Source: an uncultured Desulfobacter sp.
GTDB lineage: Bacteria; Desulfobacterota; Desulfobacteria; Desulfobacterales; Desulfobacteraceae
NCBI GenBank assembly: GCA_963665095.1
Contig: OY762069.1
Coordinates: 4,672,001-4,736,000 of the forward strand
Direction: 5' to 3'
DNA length: 64,000 bases
Below are positions 29,096 through 39,306 of the stretch, piece after piece. Made by a program: the position numbers and the translations under genes. The notes below the pieces were generated by a model. That model searched no databases. It was not told the DNA's origin and was given only the letters and a program-made list of their open reading frames with translations. Position 1 is the stretch's first letter. Each line of letters begins with the position of its first letter.

Positions 29096-29291
29096 GTGCC
29101 GGAAGAAACACCACGTGTTTGGTGTTTGAACGAAAACCCAGTGTTTGGGTGTTTGAACGCAAAGTTGCCCAGATGCAAGGCGCAAGCAAAGCTGCAACCT
29201 CAAGCGTACTTCAGTACGTGAGACCCGATTATATGTTTTGGCAGCTTTGTGCAGCAACGCCGCAGGTGGGTGACTTTTCGTTCAAACACTA
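29096..29291. repeat. MITE-like palindromic repeat, copy B, preceded by two ~26-bp units
   Basis: GTGTTTGAACGCAAAGTTGCCCA...TGGGTGACTTTTCGTTCAAACAC-TA; inverted relative to copy A. Confidence 0.85.
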
Positions 29292-29315
29292 TTTACGCTT
29301 AACCGGGGAGGAGAG

Positions 29316-30008
29316 ATGGAAGTAAAGACAGTTCTACAGGAAGCTGTAAGCAGACGCCAGAAAGCGTTATCTGAATTTGATGGGAAAAAGATACTGGCAG
29401 CGTATGGTATTCCCGTGTCACGGGAATACCTTGTTTCAACAGCAGATGAAGCGGTTCAAATGGCTGTAAAAATTGGTTTTCCCGTGGTTTTGAAAGCCTG
29501 TTCCCACCAGATTGCCCATAAAACCGAAGGGGGGCTGGTGGAAGTGTCTCTGGGCAGTGAAAGGGAGGTCATAGAAGCTTTTCAACGGATTATAAAGAAA
29601 ACGGATATTCCCATGGACGGTATTCTGGTCCAGGAGATGGTGTCAGGACAGCGTGAACTCATGATCGGCCTGATCCGTGATCCCCAGTTCGGCCCCTGTG
29701 TCATGGCGGGTTTTGGCGGGATCATGACGGAAATCATTCAGGACACCTGTTTCAGAATGGCCCCTGTGGACGATTTGGAAACTGCCGATATGCTGTCTGA
29801 ACTTAAGTTCAAAGATATTCTGGGGCCTTTCCGGGGGCAGGCGCCTGCAGATGTACAGGCCATAGGCCGGGCCATTACAGCGGTGGGCAACATCGGCCTG
29901 GAGAACGAGGCCATTGACGAAATTGACATCAACCCCCTGATCATCCGCCCGGATGGAAGCTTTGCTGCTGTGGATGCACTGATTGTTGTAAAAGGAGATG
30001 CCCAATGA
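29316..30008 (+). CDS. ADP-forming acyl-CoA ligase beta subunit (ATP-grasp)
   Basis: IGFPVVLK...HKTEGG, RDPQFGP, EIDINPL. Confidence 0.9.
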   Translation: MEVKTVLQEAVSRRQKALSEFDGKKILAAYGIPVSREYLVSTADEAVQMAVKIGFPVVLKACSHQIAHKTEGGLVEVSLGSEREVIEAFQRIIKKTDIPMDGILVQEMVSGQRELMIGLIRDPQFGPCVMAGFGGIMTEIIQDTCFRMAPVDDLETADMLSELKFKDILGPFRGQAPADVQAIGRAITAVGNIGLENEAIDEIDINPLIIRPDGSFAAVDALIVVKGDAQ

Positions 30009-31465
30009 TTACTGATATCCGTGAAAGCCCTTTATATGGAATTGCCAATCCTGAAAGTATCGCGTTTTTCGGCGCATCCAATAATTTTTCGTCCATGGGA
30101 ACCAAAATTTTCCGTTCTATACGGAGGCTTGGCTTTACAGGGAACCTTTTTCCGGTTCATCCCACCGAAGCGGTTGTCCAGGGGATTAAGGCATATAAAG
30201 ATGTGATGGGTCTGCCGGCAATACCGGATCTTGCCGTATTTGTGCTGCCCACCCGGCTGATCTGTGATGTGATGGAGGCCTGCGGAAAAATGGGTATCCG
30301 TCATGCGGTTGTGGTGACAGCCGGGTTTCGGGAGGTGGGCGGCCAGGGGCCTGAACTTGAAGAAAAGCTCAAGAAAATTGCCCGGACATACGGCATCCGG
30401 TTTCTGGGCCCCAACTGCCTGGGGGTGGTTAATACGCATCAAAAACTGAATACCACGGTTTTTCAGGTGGAAGGCAGTCCCGGCTCTATGGGACTGGCCT
30501 CCCAGAGCGGCAGCCTGGTTACCCAGATGTTTAGTTTTCTGGCGGAACTTAAAATGGGTTTTTCCACGGCGTTTTCCATTGGAAACGGGGCTGACGTCGA
30601 CCTGGTGGACTGCCTGGAATATTTGGGTGCATGCCCTGATACCAAGGTGATTGCCATGTATGTGGAAGGCATTGACCAGGGAAGGCGGTTTGTTGAGGCG
30701 GCCCGTGCGATTTCCCTTAAAAAACCCATTGTGGCGCTCTATGTGGGCGGCAGCGAAGCGGGCAGAAAAGCGACCTTTTCACACACCGGCACCCTGGCCG
30801 GGCCGGACAGACTGTATGACGGCATTTTCCGCCAGAGTGGCGTGATTCGGGCCCGCTCCATAACCGAGCTGTTTGATTTCTGCCGTATCCTGGCTGTTAT
30901 GCCCCTTCCCAAAGGCCGGCGCATGGCCATCCAGACCCATTCGGGCGGTCCCGGGGCTGCGGCCGCAGACGCCTGCAGCAGGCAAGGCCTTGATCTGCCG
31001 CCGTTTCCGCCGGAAACCAAGTCGGCGCTGGCCGAATATGTACCCCATACCGCCAGCATCAATAATCCGGTGGACATGACCTATTTTAAAAACCGGACCG
31101 ATTTTTTTATCTCCATCCCGGAAATACTGCTTAAAAGCGAAGTTGTGGATATGCTTATGGTGTATTACCTGGTACCGGATGAGTTGCTGGAAGAGTCAAT
31201 GGGAGATATCGGCACCTCAAAACAGGATGCGGGGGATGAAAATGCCCTGGATGATTATGTGGGCATGATGGCAGATATGCTCCGTCAACACAAAAAACCC
31301 TTTGCAGGTTTTACCTTTCGGAATCTGAGGGAAAAATTTCCCCAGACCCTCATGGCCCACGGAATCCCTGTCTTTGCAGGCCCGGAAAACGCGGTGCGGG
31401 CCATGAAGGCCATGGTCACATACGCAGAGCTGAAAGAGAAAATTTCCCGGCAGGAAGAACTATAA
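30005..31465 (+). CDS. ADP-forming acyl-CoA ligase alpha subunit (CoA-binding)
   Basis: AFFGAS, GPNCLG, SQSGS, SHTGTLAG, NNPVD; ATGA overlap with the beta gene. Confidence 0.9.
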   Translation: MITDIRESPLYGIANPESIAFFGASNNFSSMGTKIFRSIRRLGFTGNLFPVHPTEAVVQGIKAYKDVMGLPAIPDLAVFVLPTRLICDVMEACGKMGIRHAVVVTAGFREVGGQGPELEEKLKKIARTYGIRFLGPNCLGVVNTHQKLNTTVFQVEGSPGSMGLASQSGSLVTQMFSFLAELKMGFSTAFSIGNGADVDLVDCLEYLGACPDTKVIAMYVEGIDQGRRFVEAARAISLKKPIVALYVGGSEAGRKATFSHTGTLAGPDRLYDGIFRQSGVIRARSITELFDFCRILAVMPLPKGRRMAIQTHSGGPGAAAADACSRQGLDLPPFPPETKSALAEYVPHTASINNPVDMTYFKNRTDFFISIPEILLKSEVVDMLMVYYLVPDELLEESMGDIGTSKQDAGDENALDDYVGMMADMLRQHKKPFAGFTFRNLREKFPQTLMAHGIPVFAGPENAVRAMKAMVTYAELKEKISRQEEL

Positions 31466-31483
31466 TTTCAGGTAAAATGGTCT

Positions 31484-31585
31484 TCAGGAAATCAGAAACA
31501 GGCCGAGCTGCGGCCTTTCGGTGATGATAAAGACACAAAGCAGCAGCACCCGCATGAATGTGATGGTGGTCCGGAAAATTTCACC
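31484..31585 (-). repeat. Degenerate duplicate of the dctM 3' end
   Basis: 83 of 102 nt identical (manual alignment) to 32342-32443; encodes GEIFRTTITFMRVLLLCVFIITERPQLGLFLIS* versus AEIYRATIPFMLVLLLSVLIITYWPQLSLFLIS*. Confidence 0.85.
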
Positions 31586-31611
31586 TGAAAAATACGGTTG
31601 ATCACCCTTTA

Positions 31612-32246
31612 GCCCTGAAGCTTTTGTCAGATGCCGGGGCCCGGGTTGACGGCAACCGGGTGACGGTTCCCCGCCATGTGATCCAGAATGCCCTTGCCTT
31701 AGCACCCAAGGGCTTTGTGATGTATAACCGGGACGGGCAACCTGCAATGGACCTGACAGGAAATAACAGCTATTTCGGGACCTCCACCGCCAGCCCCAAC
31801 CAGCGTCATGCCTGGAACATAAGCGAAAACCCACCCGTCTGGAAGATATTGAATGGGGAGCCAGGGTAGCAGATGCCCTGCATAATATAGATTTTCTAAT
31901 GCCCCTGGGCAGTGCCCAGGATGTACCGGCAGCCTCGGGGGATCTGTTTGAGTTTGAAACGGTTGTCCGGAATACAGTGAAACCGATTTTTTTCTGCGGT
32001 TATTCCAGCAAAAGGATCGAGTATATTATTGAGATGGCAAAGGAGGTGGCCGGAGGCGGCCAACAGCAATTTTTTTTCAAAGATTCCTACAATGCATGGG
32101 TAAAGAACGGAAAAACCACCCTTGAAGAGCGGGCAGATAAAAGAGTGGCGGATATTCTAAGCGGACACGTTTCCCCGTCACTGCCGGAAAAGGTTCTTGC
32201 CAGGCTCAAGGTGATAAGGGAAAAAGGAGTTGAAGATATCGGTTAG
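31612..32246 (+). pseudogene. Trimethylamine methyltransferase (MttB superfamily) remnant
   Basis: LLSDAGARVDGNRV...ALALAPKGF, frameshift near 31815, TRLEDI...ADALHNIDF...RNTVKP, then a jump to the C-terminal SYNAWVKNGKTTLEERA; 5'-truncated and internally deleted. Confidence 0.85.
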
Positions 32247-32341
32247 CAGGTATTTTTTAAAGGGAACGGTGTCTGGCCGGGAATGCAGCGTGTGAACGGC
32301 CATACAGCCCCTGACCTGTATCATCGGCTTCGGCATAGAGC

Positions 32342-33622
32342 TCATGAAATCAAAAACAGGCTGAGCTGCGGCCAGTAGGTAATGATGAGAACAGAGAGCA
32401 GCAGCACCAGCATAAACGGGATGGTGGCCCGGTAAATTTCAGCAATGGGTTTGTCAAACCGGTAACCGGCAATGAACAGGTTCATGCCCACCGGCGGGGT
32501 GAAATATCCGATCTGCATGTTGGCCAGAAAAATAATGCCCAGATGAACCGGATGTACCCCGTATTCCAGGGCCACGGGCAGCATAAGCGGCACCATGATG
32601 ATAATGGCGGAAAAGATGTCGAGCATGGCACCCAGGATCAGCAGAAAAATATTGAGAAGAATGAGAAACACCAGCTTGCTTGACACAAAAGCCTGGCAGA
32701 ATTTAAACAGTTTCATGGGGGCCTCGGCATCAATCAGGTAATTGGTCAGTGCCAGGGAGACCCCTAAAATCAGCAGGATCCCACCCACCATGACCATGGA
32801 TTCCCTGATGATGCCGGGAAGTTTGAATATAGGGATTTCCCGGTAAATCAGCACTTCCACCACCAGCACATACATGGCTGTGACAGCGGCGGCTTCAGAT
32901 ACGGCAAAATATCCTGAATAGATGCCGAAAAATACAAACAGAGGCAGGGGCACTTCCCAGATGGCGTCTCTTAATGCCTTTAAACAATTTTCAAGGGAAA
33001 ATTTTGTCAGAGGCATGGGGTTGCCCCGGTTGGCCCACATACTCCAGGCTGACAGCATGATGATCATAAGAATGGCAGGAAAAATACCTGCCAGAAACAG
33101 GTCTTCAATGGATACCTGGTTCCCGCTGGTCATCTGCTGGGCAATAATGCCGTAAAGAATCAGGGGCAAAGAAGGGGGCAGCAAAAGCCCCAGACTCCCT
33201 GATGTGGTGACAAGGCCCAGGCTGAAGCTGTCCTTGTAGCCGGACTGGGTCAGGGCCGGGTACAGCAGCGCCCCCATGGCCACAATGGTCACTCCGGAGG
33301 CCCCTGTAAATGCTGTGAACAGCGCACAGACTACAAAAGCCACAATGGCAAGCCCTCCGGGCATCCATCCTAAAAAGGCCCGGGTCAGGGCCACAAGGCG
33401 GCCGGAGGTGTTACTTTCGGCTAAAATATATCCGGCAAAGGTGAACAGGGGAAGGGCCAGTAGAATCGGGGTGTCTGCAATCCTGTACAGCTCTATGGCC
33501 ACGACGGAAAGATCAATGTCTGACAGGTGAAATCCATACATTGCCGCGGCAATGATCACCGTGAACAACGGCGCGCCCATCAGGGCAAAAAGAATGAGAA
33601 GACCGATAATAGCTAATGTCAT
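32342..33622 (-). CDS. dctM: TRAP transporter large permease
   Basis: LLALPLFTFAG, GSLGLLLPPS, FTPPVGMNLF motifs; about 12 TM. Confidence 0.93.
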   Translation of the reverse strand: MTLAIIGLLILFALMGAPLFTVIIAAAMYGFHLSDIDLSVVAIELYRIADTPILLALPLFTFAGYILAESNTSGRLVALTRAFLGWMPGGLAIVAFVVCALFTAFTGASGVTIVAMGALLYPALTQSGYKDSFSLGLVTTSGSLGLLLPPSLPLILYGIIAQQMTSGNQVSIEDLFLAGIFPAILMIIMLSAWSMWANRGNPMPLTKFSLENCLKALRDAIWEVPLPLFVFFGIYSGYFAVSEAAAVTAMYVLVVEVLIYREIPIFKLPGIIRESMVMVGGILLILGVSLALTNYLIDAEAPMKLFKFCQAFVSSKLVFLILLNIFLLILGAMLDIFSAIIIMVPLMLPVALEYGVHPVHLGIIFLANMQIGYFTPPVGMNLFIAGYRFDKPIAEIYRATIPFMLVLLLSVLIITYWPQLSLFLIS

Positions 33623-33626
33623 ATTT

Positions 33627-34142
33627 TCACTGTTCCAGGGTGCCGGATCCGGGTTTGGACCCTGGGGTGGATTTAGCCAGCCCGATCAGTTGTTCCAGGA
33701 AAAACAGGGTGTATCTGATGGTAATGATGCAAAAGGCGAATGGAATGACTGTTTCACAGATCCAGACAGGTACCGAGAAAAAGGCGGGAAAACCGTCTGC
33801 CTTTTCCATGAGGACAAACCGTGCACTGTGCCAGGTCATAAAACAGCAGGTGACTGCTGTGAAGAGGTAAACTGCCAGACGGTTAAATTTTTTATACCGG
33901 GCAGGCAAATACTTTGACACCAGGTCGATGCTGATATGGTTGTCGCTTCTTGAGGCCACCATGGCACCGATCAGGCCCAGCCAGAGCACAAGGACCCGGA
34001 CCAGGGGATCGGCCCAGACAATGCCGGCGTCAAATCCGTTCCGAAGGACGATCTGGAATACCGCAAGGCAGATCATCACCAGCAGCAGGCTGACCAGCAG
34101 GGCATCTTCAATTTTGTGCAGAATTAAGATCAGACGAGGCAT
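33627..34142 (-). CDS. dctQ: TRAP transporter small permease
   Basis: Four TM; QIVLRN...WADPLVR...HISIDL. Confidence 0.9.
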   Translation of the reverse strand: MPRLILILHKIEDALLVSLLLVMICLAVFQIVLRNGFDAGIVWADPLVRVLVLWLGLIGAMVASRSDNHISIDLVSKYLPARYKKFNRLAVYLFTAVTCCFMTWHSARFVLMEKADGFPAFFSVPVWICETVIPFAFCIITIRYTLFFLEQLIGLAKSTPGSKPGSGTLEQ

Positions 34143-34151
34143 CTGTAAATT

Positions 34152-35171
34152 TTATTCCTGGTTGCTGTGGGTTTTACGGTATTCCTTCAGCAGGGCCTCC
34201 ACCTTGTCAGCAGGTTCTTTTGGCAGGTCACCGGCCTCTATCATTTTCTGTGATGCGTTGGCTGCCGAGACCAGCCACTGGTCCATCTGGTCCTTTGAGG
34301 GCGTGATAAACTCAATGCCCTGTGTTTTTAATGCCTCAACCGCCTTGGCATTGTCTTCGCGATTCTTCTGGTCAAGGGCATTGAGTTCCCGGGTCATGAT
34401 ATCAGCCATAATTTTCTGGTCTTCCGGCGAAATTTTATCTATTGCTTTTTTGTCTATGGCAAGCACCGCATGCAGATATAAGAGCGGGATATTGGTCACA
34501 TATTTGATCTCCGTGTGCCACTGGAGCACAATGGCGCCCACAGGAGATGTCCCCACCGTGTCAATAAGGCCGGACTGCAGTCCGGTGCGCACATCAGCAA
34601 GTGGCAGGGCAATAGGGGAGATGCCAAAACACTTCACGGCATCCACGGTCATCTTGTCATTATCCGGTACCCATATTTTGCGGTCTTTGAGATCGGCCAC
34701 CGATGCAATGGGAGACTTGGACATGATATAGGCAAATCCCCCGCCCATGAGTGTGTAGGTGACAAAGCCTGCATCTTCCAGGCCTTTGATAATATAATCA
34801 TCCATGTGCTGCCGGACATAATCCACCTCTGCCTGGGACTTGAACTGCATGGGCTCGCTGTAAATCTGGTTGCCAGGAAAAAAAGAGGCCATGCTGCCGG
34901 CCATAAGTGCCCCCCCCTGGAGCTGGCCAATGCGTATTTTCCGCAGCACTGCCTTGTCATTTCCCATGACCCCGCCGGGATAAAATTTGAATTTTATCCG
35001 GTTATCTGTGGCTTTGGCCGTCTCTTGGGCCCCTTTCCGCATTAATTGCATCCATGTGGAACCTTCCGGCGAAATGGTGGCAATTTTTATGGTGTGGGCA
35101 TTGGCACCCGTCATAAACAGCCCGATCAGGGCAAATGAAAAAATCTGAAAAATAAAACGTCTGATAAACAT
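34152..35171 (-). CDS. dctP: TRAP substrate-binding protein (TatP type)
   Basis: Signal peptide; IKIATISPEGSTW, FYPGGVMGND...RKIRIGQLQG, GLQSGLID. Confidence 0.9.
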   Translation of the reverse strand: MFIRRFIFQIFSFALIGLFMTGANAHTIKIATISPEGSTWMQLMRKGAQETAKATDNRIKFKFYPGGVMGNDKAVLRKIRIGQLQGGALMAGSMASFFPGNQIYSEPMQFKSQAEVDYVRQHMDDYIIKGLEDAGFVTYTLMGGGFAYIMSKSPIASVADLKDRKIWVPDNDKMTVDAVKCFGISPIALPLADVRTGLQSGLIDTVGTSPVGAIVLQWHTEIKYVTNIPLLYLHAVLAIDKKAIDKISPEDQKIMADIMTRELNALDQKNREDNAKAVEALKTQGIEFITPSKDQMDQWLVSAANASQKMIEAGDLPKEPADKVEALLKEYRKTHSNQE

Positions 35172-35189
35172 GTTTTAAATGGTCTCCGG

Positions 35190-36059
35190 TTAAAAATAAT
35201 CGTCGGCTTCATTCAGCAGTTTTTGCGCCAGCTGCCGGGCATAGGTATTGATCAGCGTGTAGCCGTCAATATCCGGCCTGGCTTCCATCACCTCTGTGAG
35301 AAGACGGTCATGAAGCGGGCGGTCAAACATCATTTTTGCGTAAAGTTGTGCATACGTCACTTTGGCCATTAAGTTTTTCCCCTGGGACAGGGCAATGGCC
35401 TTTTCAAAATAGTGTTTTCCCTGTTCGGGCTTCCCCCCTAAGGCTGGGGGCAGAAACGTGGCCAGCGTGCCAAGGTACATGAAGGCAGCCCCCTCTTTGT
35501 AGGTTTCATCCAGTTCAACCACCCGGAGCATGATGGTTTCGATCCGGGAGATGTCGGCCAGGGCATTAAAATCATCCTTGTAGGCCATGATCCATGAAGC
35601 CCAGGTGGACCCTAAAGTGAACAGAAACGGCAGGGCATCCTTATCCATGCCATTCACCACCGCACTGAACTGCTCAAAGGACTGCTCCTTAAGCCCACAG
35701 GTCTTTTCCCGGGTATGGCAGACAGCGTCCAGGGCATAGGTCATGGCTTTGTCAGCCAGCTTTTTTTTACGCGCGTTATCCGCTACAAAAACATCGGAGT
35801 AAGCCGTATAAAGCCCGGCCCCTGTACAGAGCATATCTGCCGAATCAGGATCCTGGTCAATGAGGCTGTCCACCATGATCAGATAAGAGGGGGCCCCTGC
35901 TTCCACCATGGCAAGATCATTGTTGTTTAAAATGCTTCGGGACAGATGGGTCATCATGTTTGACTTCAAGCCGCATCCCGGGGCAGATAACGTCACGCCC
36001 AAGAGCACCAGGCAGAATAGAATAATTCTGCAGACCCTTTTTTCAAAAACAGGCATCAT
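35190..36059 (-). CDS. TRAP-associated TatT (TPR-like) lipoprotein
   Basis: Lipobox-like APGC; PPALGGKPEQGKHYFEKA motif; first gene of the TRAP operon. Confidence 0.85.
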   Translation of the reverse strand: MMPVFEKRVCRIILFCLVLLGVTLSAPGCGLKSNMMTHLSRSILNNNDLAMVEAGAPSYLIMVDSLIDQDPDSADMLCTGAGLYTAYSDVFVADNARKKKLADKAMTYALDAVCHTREKTCGLKEQSFEQFSAVVNGMDKDALPFLFTLGSTWASWIMAYKDDFNALADISRIETIMLRVVELDETYKEGAAFMYLGTLATFLPPALGGKPEQGKHYFEKAIALSQGKNLMAKVTYAQLYAKMMFDRPLHDRLLTEVMEARPDIDGYTLINTYARQLAQKLLNEADDYF

Positions 36060-36288
36060 TAACCAAAGTTTCCTTTATCTTATTTCAACTGGAAAAGACG
36101 ATGAAAATCAATTTTTAGTCCAGAAATTAGCTTTTTTATCGGCAAAAAGCAACAGGCATGACGTGTGGTGGGACAAGGCAGCGGCATGCCGACTTTAAAC
36201 AAAATAGTATGGGTAAAATTCAAATTATTCATGGTATAGTTATTTCTGTAGGGAAGCCAGCTCAAATGTATTCTTTATTATTTAGAAA

Positions 36289-37773
36289 ATGATTAGTTCC
36301 ATGAAACCAGAAATTATAAAATACAGGTTGTGGATACCGGTACTCCTTTTATTTTTCATTCTGACAGGTGTTGCCGGCGCATCAAATCCAACCGTGCATA
36401 TTATACCGGTGTCCGGTACAGTTGAGCCGGGTATGGCCGCCTATATCAAACGGGTGGTCTCTTCCCTGGCGCAGGACAAGTCCGCCATTCTGGTGTTTGT
36501 CATGGATACATTCGGCGGGCGGGTGGATGCGGCATTTGAAATCGTGGAAACCATCTGTTCCGTTCCCAGGGAGAGAACCATTGCCTTTGTGGAGAAAAAA
36601 GCCATATCTGCCGGTGCCCTGATTGCGCTTTCCGCCGGCACGCTGGTTATGAAGGAGAATACGCTGATCGGGGACTGTGCCCCCATTATCCAGACCAGCG
36701 AGGGCCACAAGGAAGTGGGCGAAAAAACACAGACAGTGCTCCGGGCCCAGTTCCGAACTCTGGCCAAACGCAACAATTATCCGGAAGTCCTGGCAGAAGC
36801 CATGGTAACCAAATCCATGGAGGTGTATAAAATCACCCGGGAAGAAGCGGTTGAGTATATGGATAAAACCTCCTGGCAGGACCTGTCTGAGCAGGAAAAG
36901 AAAAGAGTGACCCGGAAAAGCACCATCGTGGCAGAAGGTGAACTTTTAACCATGGATGATAAAGAGGCGTTTGATCTTGGGTTTTCCCGCCAAAGTGTGA
37001 ATAATATTGATGAGGTTCTTACCGTTTTGGGGTATGCCGAGAGCCCGAAGGTGACGGTTGAAGAGAGCTGGTCCGAAGACTTTGTTCGATGGATTCAGCC
37101 GTTTTTACCCATCCTCATGCTTCTGGGCATTGGCGCGGTGTATACCGAGATAAAAGCACCGGGATTTGGCATCCCCGGTATTGTGGGGGTTGTCTGCCTG
37201 GGGCTGGTGTTCTTTAACCAGTATCTGGTGGGACTTGCCGATTACACGGAAATACTGGTCTTTATCATCGGGTTTCTGCTGCTGGCCATGGAGGTGTTTG
37301 TCCTGCCCGGGTTCGGCATTGCCGGGATCAGTGCCCTGGTGGTGCTGGCAGCAGGGCTTGTACTCTCTTTTCAGAATTTTGTACTGCCGGACCCGGCCCT
37401 GCCATGGGAAGGGGATCTGATGCTGCAAAATTTAGGTATGGTCATGGGCTGCGCTGTGGGTGCCCTGCTGGTCTCTTTGCTCACGATCCGTTTTGTTCTG
37501 CCGGGACTTTCAACCATTGTTAAAGGGCCGTATCTCAGCGCCTCGCTGCAGGATTCCCATGCCGGTTCCAGCGAGGGCGAAGGCATCCGGCCTGGCGATG
37601 AAGGCCTGTCTGTGACAACGCTTCGGCCATCGGGTAAGGCACGCATTAACGGCCGGAAAGTGGATGCCGTGACCCAGGGAGATTTTATAGAGCCGGATAC
37701 TCCGGTCCAGGTAATCCAGGTATCTGCCGGCCGTGTGATTGTCATAAAAATTGTGGAAAAGGGGGATAAATGA
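36289..37773 (+). CDS. Long NfeD (ClpP-like serine protease domain + TM + OB fold)
   Basis: MDTFGGRVD, AISAGALIAL, EIKAPGFGIPG, TTLRPSGKARING. Confidence 0.9.
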   Translation: MISSMKPEIIKYRLWIPVLLLFFILTGVAGASNPTVHIIPVSGTVEPGMAAYIKRVVSSLAQDKSAILVFVMDTFGGRVDAAFEIVETICSVPRERTIAFVEKKAISAGALIALSAGTLVMKENTLIGDCAPIIQTSEGHKEVGEKTQTVLRAQFRTLAKRNNYPEVLAEAMVTKSMEVYKITREEAVEYMDKTSWQDLSEQEKKRVTRKSTIVAEGELLTMDDKEAFDLGFSRQSVNNIDEVLTVLGYAESPKVTVEESWSEDFVRWIQPFLPILMLLGIGAVYTEIKAPGFGIPGIVGVVCLGLVFFNQYLVGLADYTEILVFIIGFLLLAMEVFVLPGFGIAGISALVVLAAGLVLSFQNFVLPDPALPWEGDLMLQNLGMVMGCAVGALLVSLLTIRFVLPGLSTIVKGPYLSASLQDSHAGSSEGEGIRPGDEGLSVTTLRPSGKARINGRKVDAVTQGDFIEPDTPVQVIQVSAGRVIVIKIVEKGDK

Positions 37774-38243
37774 ACGCCTGGGTGCTGCCGCTGATACTGC
37801 AGGTTCTCGCTGTCTTTATTATTGCTGCTGAAGTGGTGCTGCCCTCCATGGGGCTTTTAACTGTTATGGCCCTGGGCCTTGTGGGGTATTCCCTTTATCT
37901 TGTGTTCAACACGTTTACCGCACCGGTATTTTACTGGGTGCTGGCCGCAGATCTGCTGGCGCTGCCCCTGGTGTTTGTCCTGGGGTTTAAACTGCTGGCA
38001 GCCTCCTCACTCTCTTTGAAAAAAGAGCTGTCCGCAAGAGAAGGGGTGGTTTCCCAGTCACCGGATTTGAAAAATTATCTGAACCACACCGGCCGGACCA
38101 TTACCACCCTTCGTCCCTCAGGTATGGCCATGATTGACGGTGTCCGCCTGGATGTGGTCACGGACGGTGAGTATATTGAGGCGGATATTCCTGTAACGGT
38201 TACAAAGGTTGCCGGCAACCAGGTTTTTGTATCACGCCTGTAA
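37770..38243 (+). CDS. Short NfeD-family protein
   Basis: AEVVLPSMG, TTLRPSGMAMIDG...DVVTDGEYI OB fold. Confidence 0.88.
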   Translation: MNAWVLPLILQVLAVFIIAAEVVLPSMGLLTVMALGLVGYSLYLVFNTFTAPVFYWVLAADLLALPLVFVLGFKLLAASSLSLKKELSAREGVVSQSPDLKNYLNHTGRTITTLRPSGMAMIDGVRLDVVTDGEYIEADIPVTVTKVAGNQVFVSRL

Positions 38244-38313
38244 AATATTTAAAAACAAGGCGTCCCATAGCCTTTTACGTTTAAATTCTAACTTTTAACA
38301 AAGGTGGTTCATT

Positions 38314-39294
38314 ATGCAGATCATGTCCATTCTTTCCATTATTATCGGCATTCTTATTCTGGTGCTGGTTTACTTTGCGTTTTCCTACATCGGGTTATGG
38401 ATCCAGGCCCTGGTGTCAGGGGCCAGGGTGGGGCTTTTCAACATTATTTTCATGCGGTTCAGAAAAGTGCCGCCCAAACTAATCGTGGAATCAAAGATCA
38501 TGGCGGTGAAAGCCGGCATTGATATTGCCACAGACGCCCTGGAGTCTCATTTTCTTGCCGGCGGCAATGTCTCCCGGGTGATCCAGGCGCTGATTGCTTC
38601 GGATAAGGCCAACATTGAACTCTCTTTTAACCGGGCTGCGGCCATTGATCTTGCCGGCCGTGACGTGCTGGAAGCAGTCCAGATGTCGGTCAATCCCAAG
38701 GTTATTGAAACCCCTATTGTTGCGGCCATGGCCAAGGACGGGATCCAGTTGAAAGCCATTTCCAGGGTTACGGTCCGGGCCAACATAGACCGCCTGGTGG
38801 GTGGTGCCGGTGAAGAGACCATCCTGGCCCGGGTGGGCGAAGGTATTGTCACCACCATTGGCTCCGCCGTTAGCCACAAGCAGGTGCTGGAAAATCCGGA
38901 CACCATCTCCAAAACCGTTTTGAGCAAAGGTCTGGATGCCGGAACCGCCTATGAAATTCTCTCCATTGATATTGCAGACGTGGATGTGGGCAAAAACATC
39001 GGGGCCGAACTTGAGACCGACCGGGCCGAAGCAGACAAAAAAATCGCCCAGGCCAAGGCTGAGGAAAAGCGGGCCATGGCCTTTGCCCAGGAACAGGAGA
39101 TGAAGGCCCGGGTCCAGGAGATGAAAGCCAAGGTGGTGGAAGCCGAAGCCCAGGTACCCCTGGCCATGGCTGAAGCATTCAGAAGCGGCAATCTCGGGAT
39201 CATGGACTATTATAAAATGCAGAATATCAGTGCGGATACCCGGATGCGGGACACCATTGCCGCACCTGAACAAACCCAGGACATTGAAAAATAA
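38314..39294 (+). CDS. floA: Flotillin-like protein FloA (YqfA/UPF0365)
   Basis: [50 protein letters not shown]. Confidence 0.93.
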   Translation: MQIMSILSIIIGILILVLVYFAFSYIGLWIQALVSGARVGLFNIIFMRFRKVPPKLIVESKIMAVKAGIDIATDALESHFLAGGNVSRVIQALIASDKANIELSFNRAAAIDLAGRDVLEAVQMSVNPKVIETPIVAAMAKDGIQLKAISRVTVRANIDRLVGGAGEETILARVGEGIVTTIGSAVSHKQVLENPDTISKTVLSKGLDAGTAYEILSIDIADVDVGKNIGAELETDRAEADKKIAQAKAEEKRAMAFAQEQEMKARVQEMKAKVVEAEAQVPLAMAEAFRSGNLGIMDYYKMQNISADTRMRDTIAAPEQTQDIEK

Positions 39295-39306
39295 AGGGGA
39301 AATAAT

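Noticed and set aside
29096..29160. Possible CRISPR array from recurring GTGTTTG(AAC) units
   Set aside because: Only 2-3 degenerate abutting units, no unique spacers of regular length, no cas genes; explained by the MITE-like family
28754..29325. ORFs 28754..29257(-), 29015..29221 and 29119..29325
   Set aside because: Translations of the repeat element and the glnE antisense strand; a similar peptide start recurs at 56937 because of the repeat
31612..32246. Pyrrolysine read-through in the MttB-like gene
   Set aside because: The TAG at 31867 is outside the homologous frame; the break is a frameshift and the central region is deleted
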